From: a virus
Taxonomy: Duplodnaviria; Caudoviricetes
IMG/VR virus record: IMGVR_UViG_3300031951_001046
Coordinates: 1-26,380 of that record
Reading direction: 5' to 3' (one strand)
Length of the DNA stretch: 26,380 nucleotides
Position numbers and translations under genes: made by a program. This document shows, one piece after another, positions 26,151-26,380 of the stretch. Every line of letters starts with the position of its first letter. Within the stretch, counting starts at the first letter, position 1. The notes beneath the pieces were generated by a model, which had not been told where the DNA came from, made no database searches, and was given only the letters and a program-made list of their open reading frames with translations.

Positions 26151-26380
26151 GCTAAGTTTCCGTTAATCACGCAGACGGTGCCGCTGATAAACAGAATAGT
26201 CGCCACACCGCGCGTTTGAAGGGTTACTGTTGCTTGGTCTGAGTCTGTGCCGCCTTTGTACGCCGTAGTAATCGTGCAGGTTATGGTCACGCTTCCTGAT
26301 GTATTGTTGAACACTGACACCACATCACCAGCGGAAAAGGTTGCGTCTGGAATCGTAATGCTTCCACCAGATCCAACCTC
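26147..26380 (-). CDS. C-terminal fragment of a tail fibre protein (truncated by the window edge)
   Basis: Manual translation from 26380: EVGSGGSITIPDATFSAGDVVSVFNNTSGSVTIT...RGVATILFISGTVCVINGNLA*. The TGA overlaps the next ATG. Resembles the beta-rich adaptor domain that precedes Gly-rich proteins. Confidence 0.7.
   Translation of the reverse strand, partial: EVGSGGSITIPDATFSAGDVVSVFNNTSGSVTITCTITTAYKGGTDSDQATVTLQTRGVATILFISGTVCVINGNLA

Noticed and set aside
1-26380. Genome-wide stop-codon reassignment, prompted by the in-frame TAA at 24709
   Set aside because: TAA, TAG and TGA all end genes that are immediately followed by an RBS or overlapping start (e.g. 109, 348, 566, 2586, 21850, 25263), and very long ORFs are intact under the standard code.
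1-26380. tRNA, ncRNA, att site or replication-origin iterons
   Set aside because: Intergenic gaps are all under about 60 nt, and I saw no cloverleaf, integrase or iteron array. Elements hidden inside coding sequence cannot be excluded by eye.

Overview
A 26.4 kb piece of a tailed dsDNA phage genome, probably short-tailed (podovirus-like), made of two tightly packed convergent arms. The + arm (1-7265) is a replication module: the end of a Cas4-like/PD-(D/E)XK nuclease, a small HNH nuclease, an SNF2-type helicase, a coiled-coil protein, a putative SSB, an HTH protein and a 965-aa primase-helicase, plus small accessory ORFs. The - arm (26380-7231) is a late module: tail fibre and Gly-rich proteins, a small cationic peptide, holin, lysozyme, a P22 gp10-like tail protein, a C1q-like fibre protein, three putative ejection proteins and a 2594-aa polyvalent protein (zincin peptidase plus LPD38). 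I saw no RNA genes, CRISPR arrays or IS elements. The main points of interest are: (1) a strongly cationic 57-codon ORF, absent from the ORF track, directly upstream of the holin and broken by one in-frame TAA; (2) a shared AAAGG..TGYAAATG translation-start motif at four gene junctions bordering accessory genes; (3) a putative ejection protein combining DUF4214/S-layer-like repeats with a lambda gpH-like C-terminal module; (4) recurring AxGG motifs in the putative ejection proteins; (5) a module inserted inside a C1q-like domain. All family calls come from recognising motifs by eye, not from database searches.
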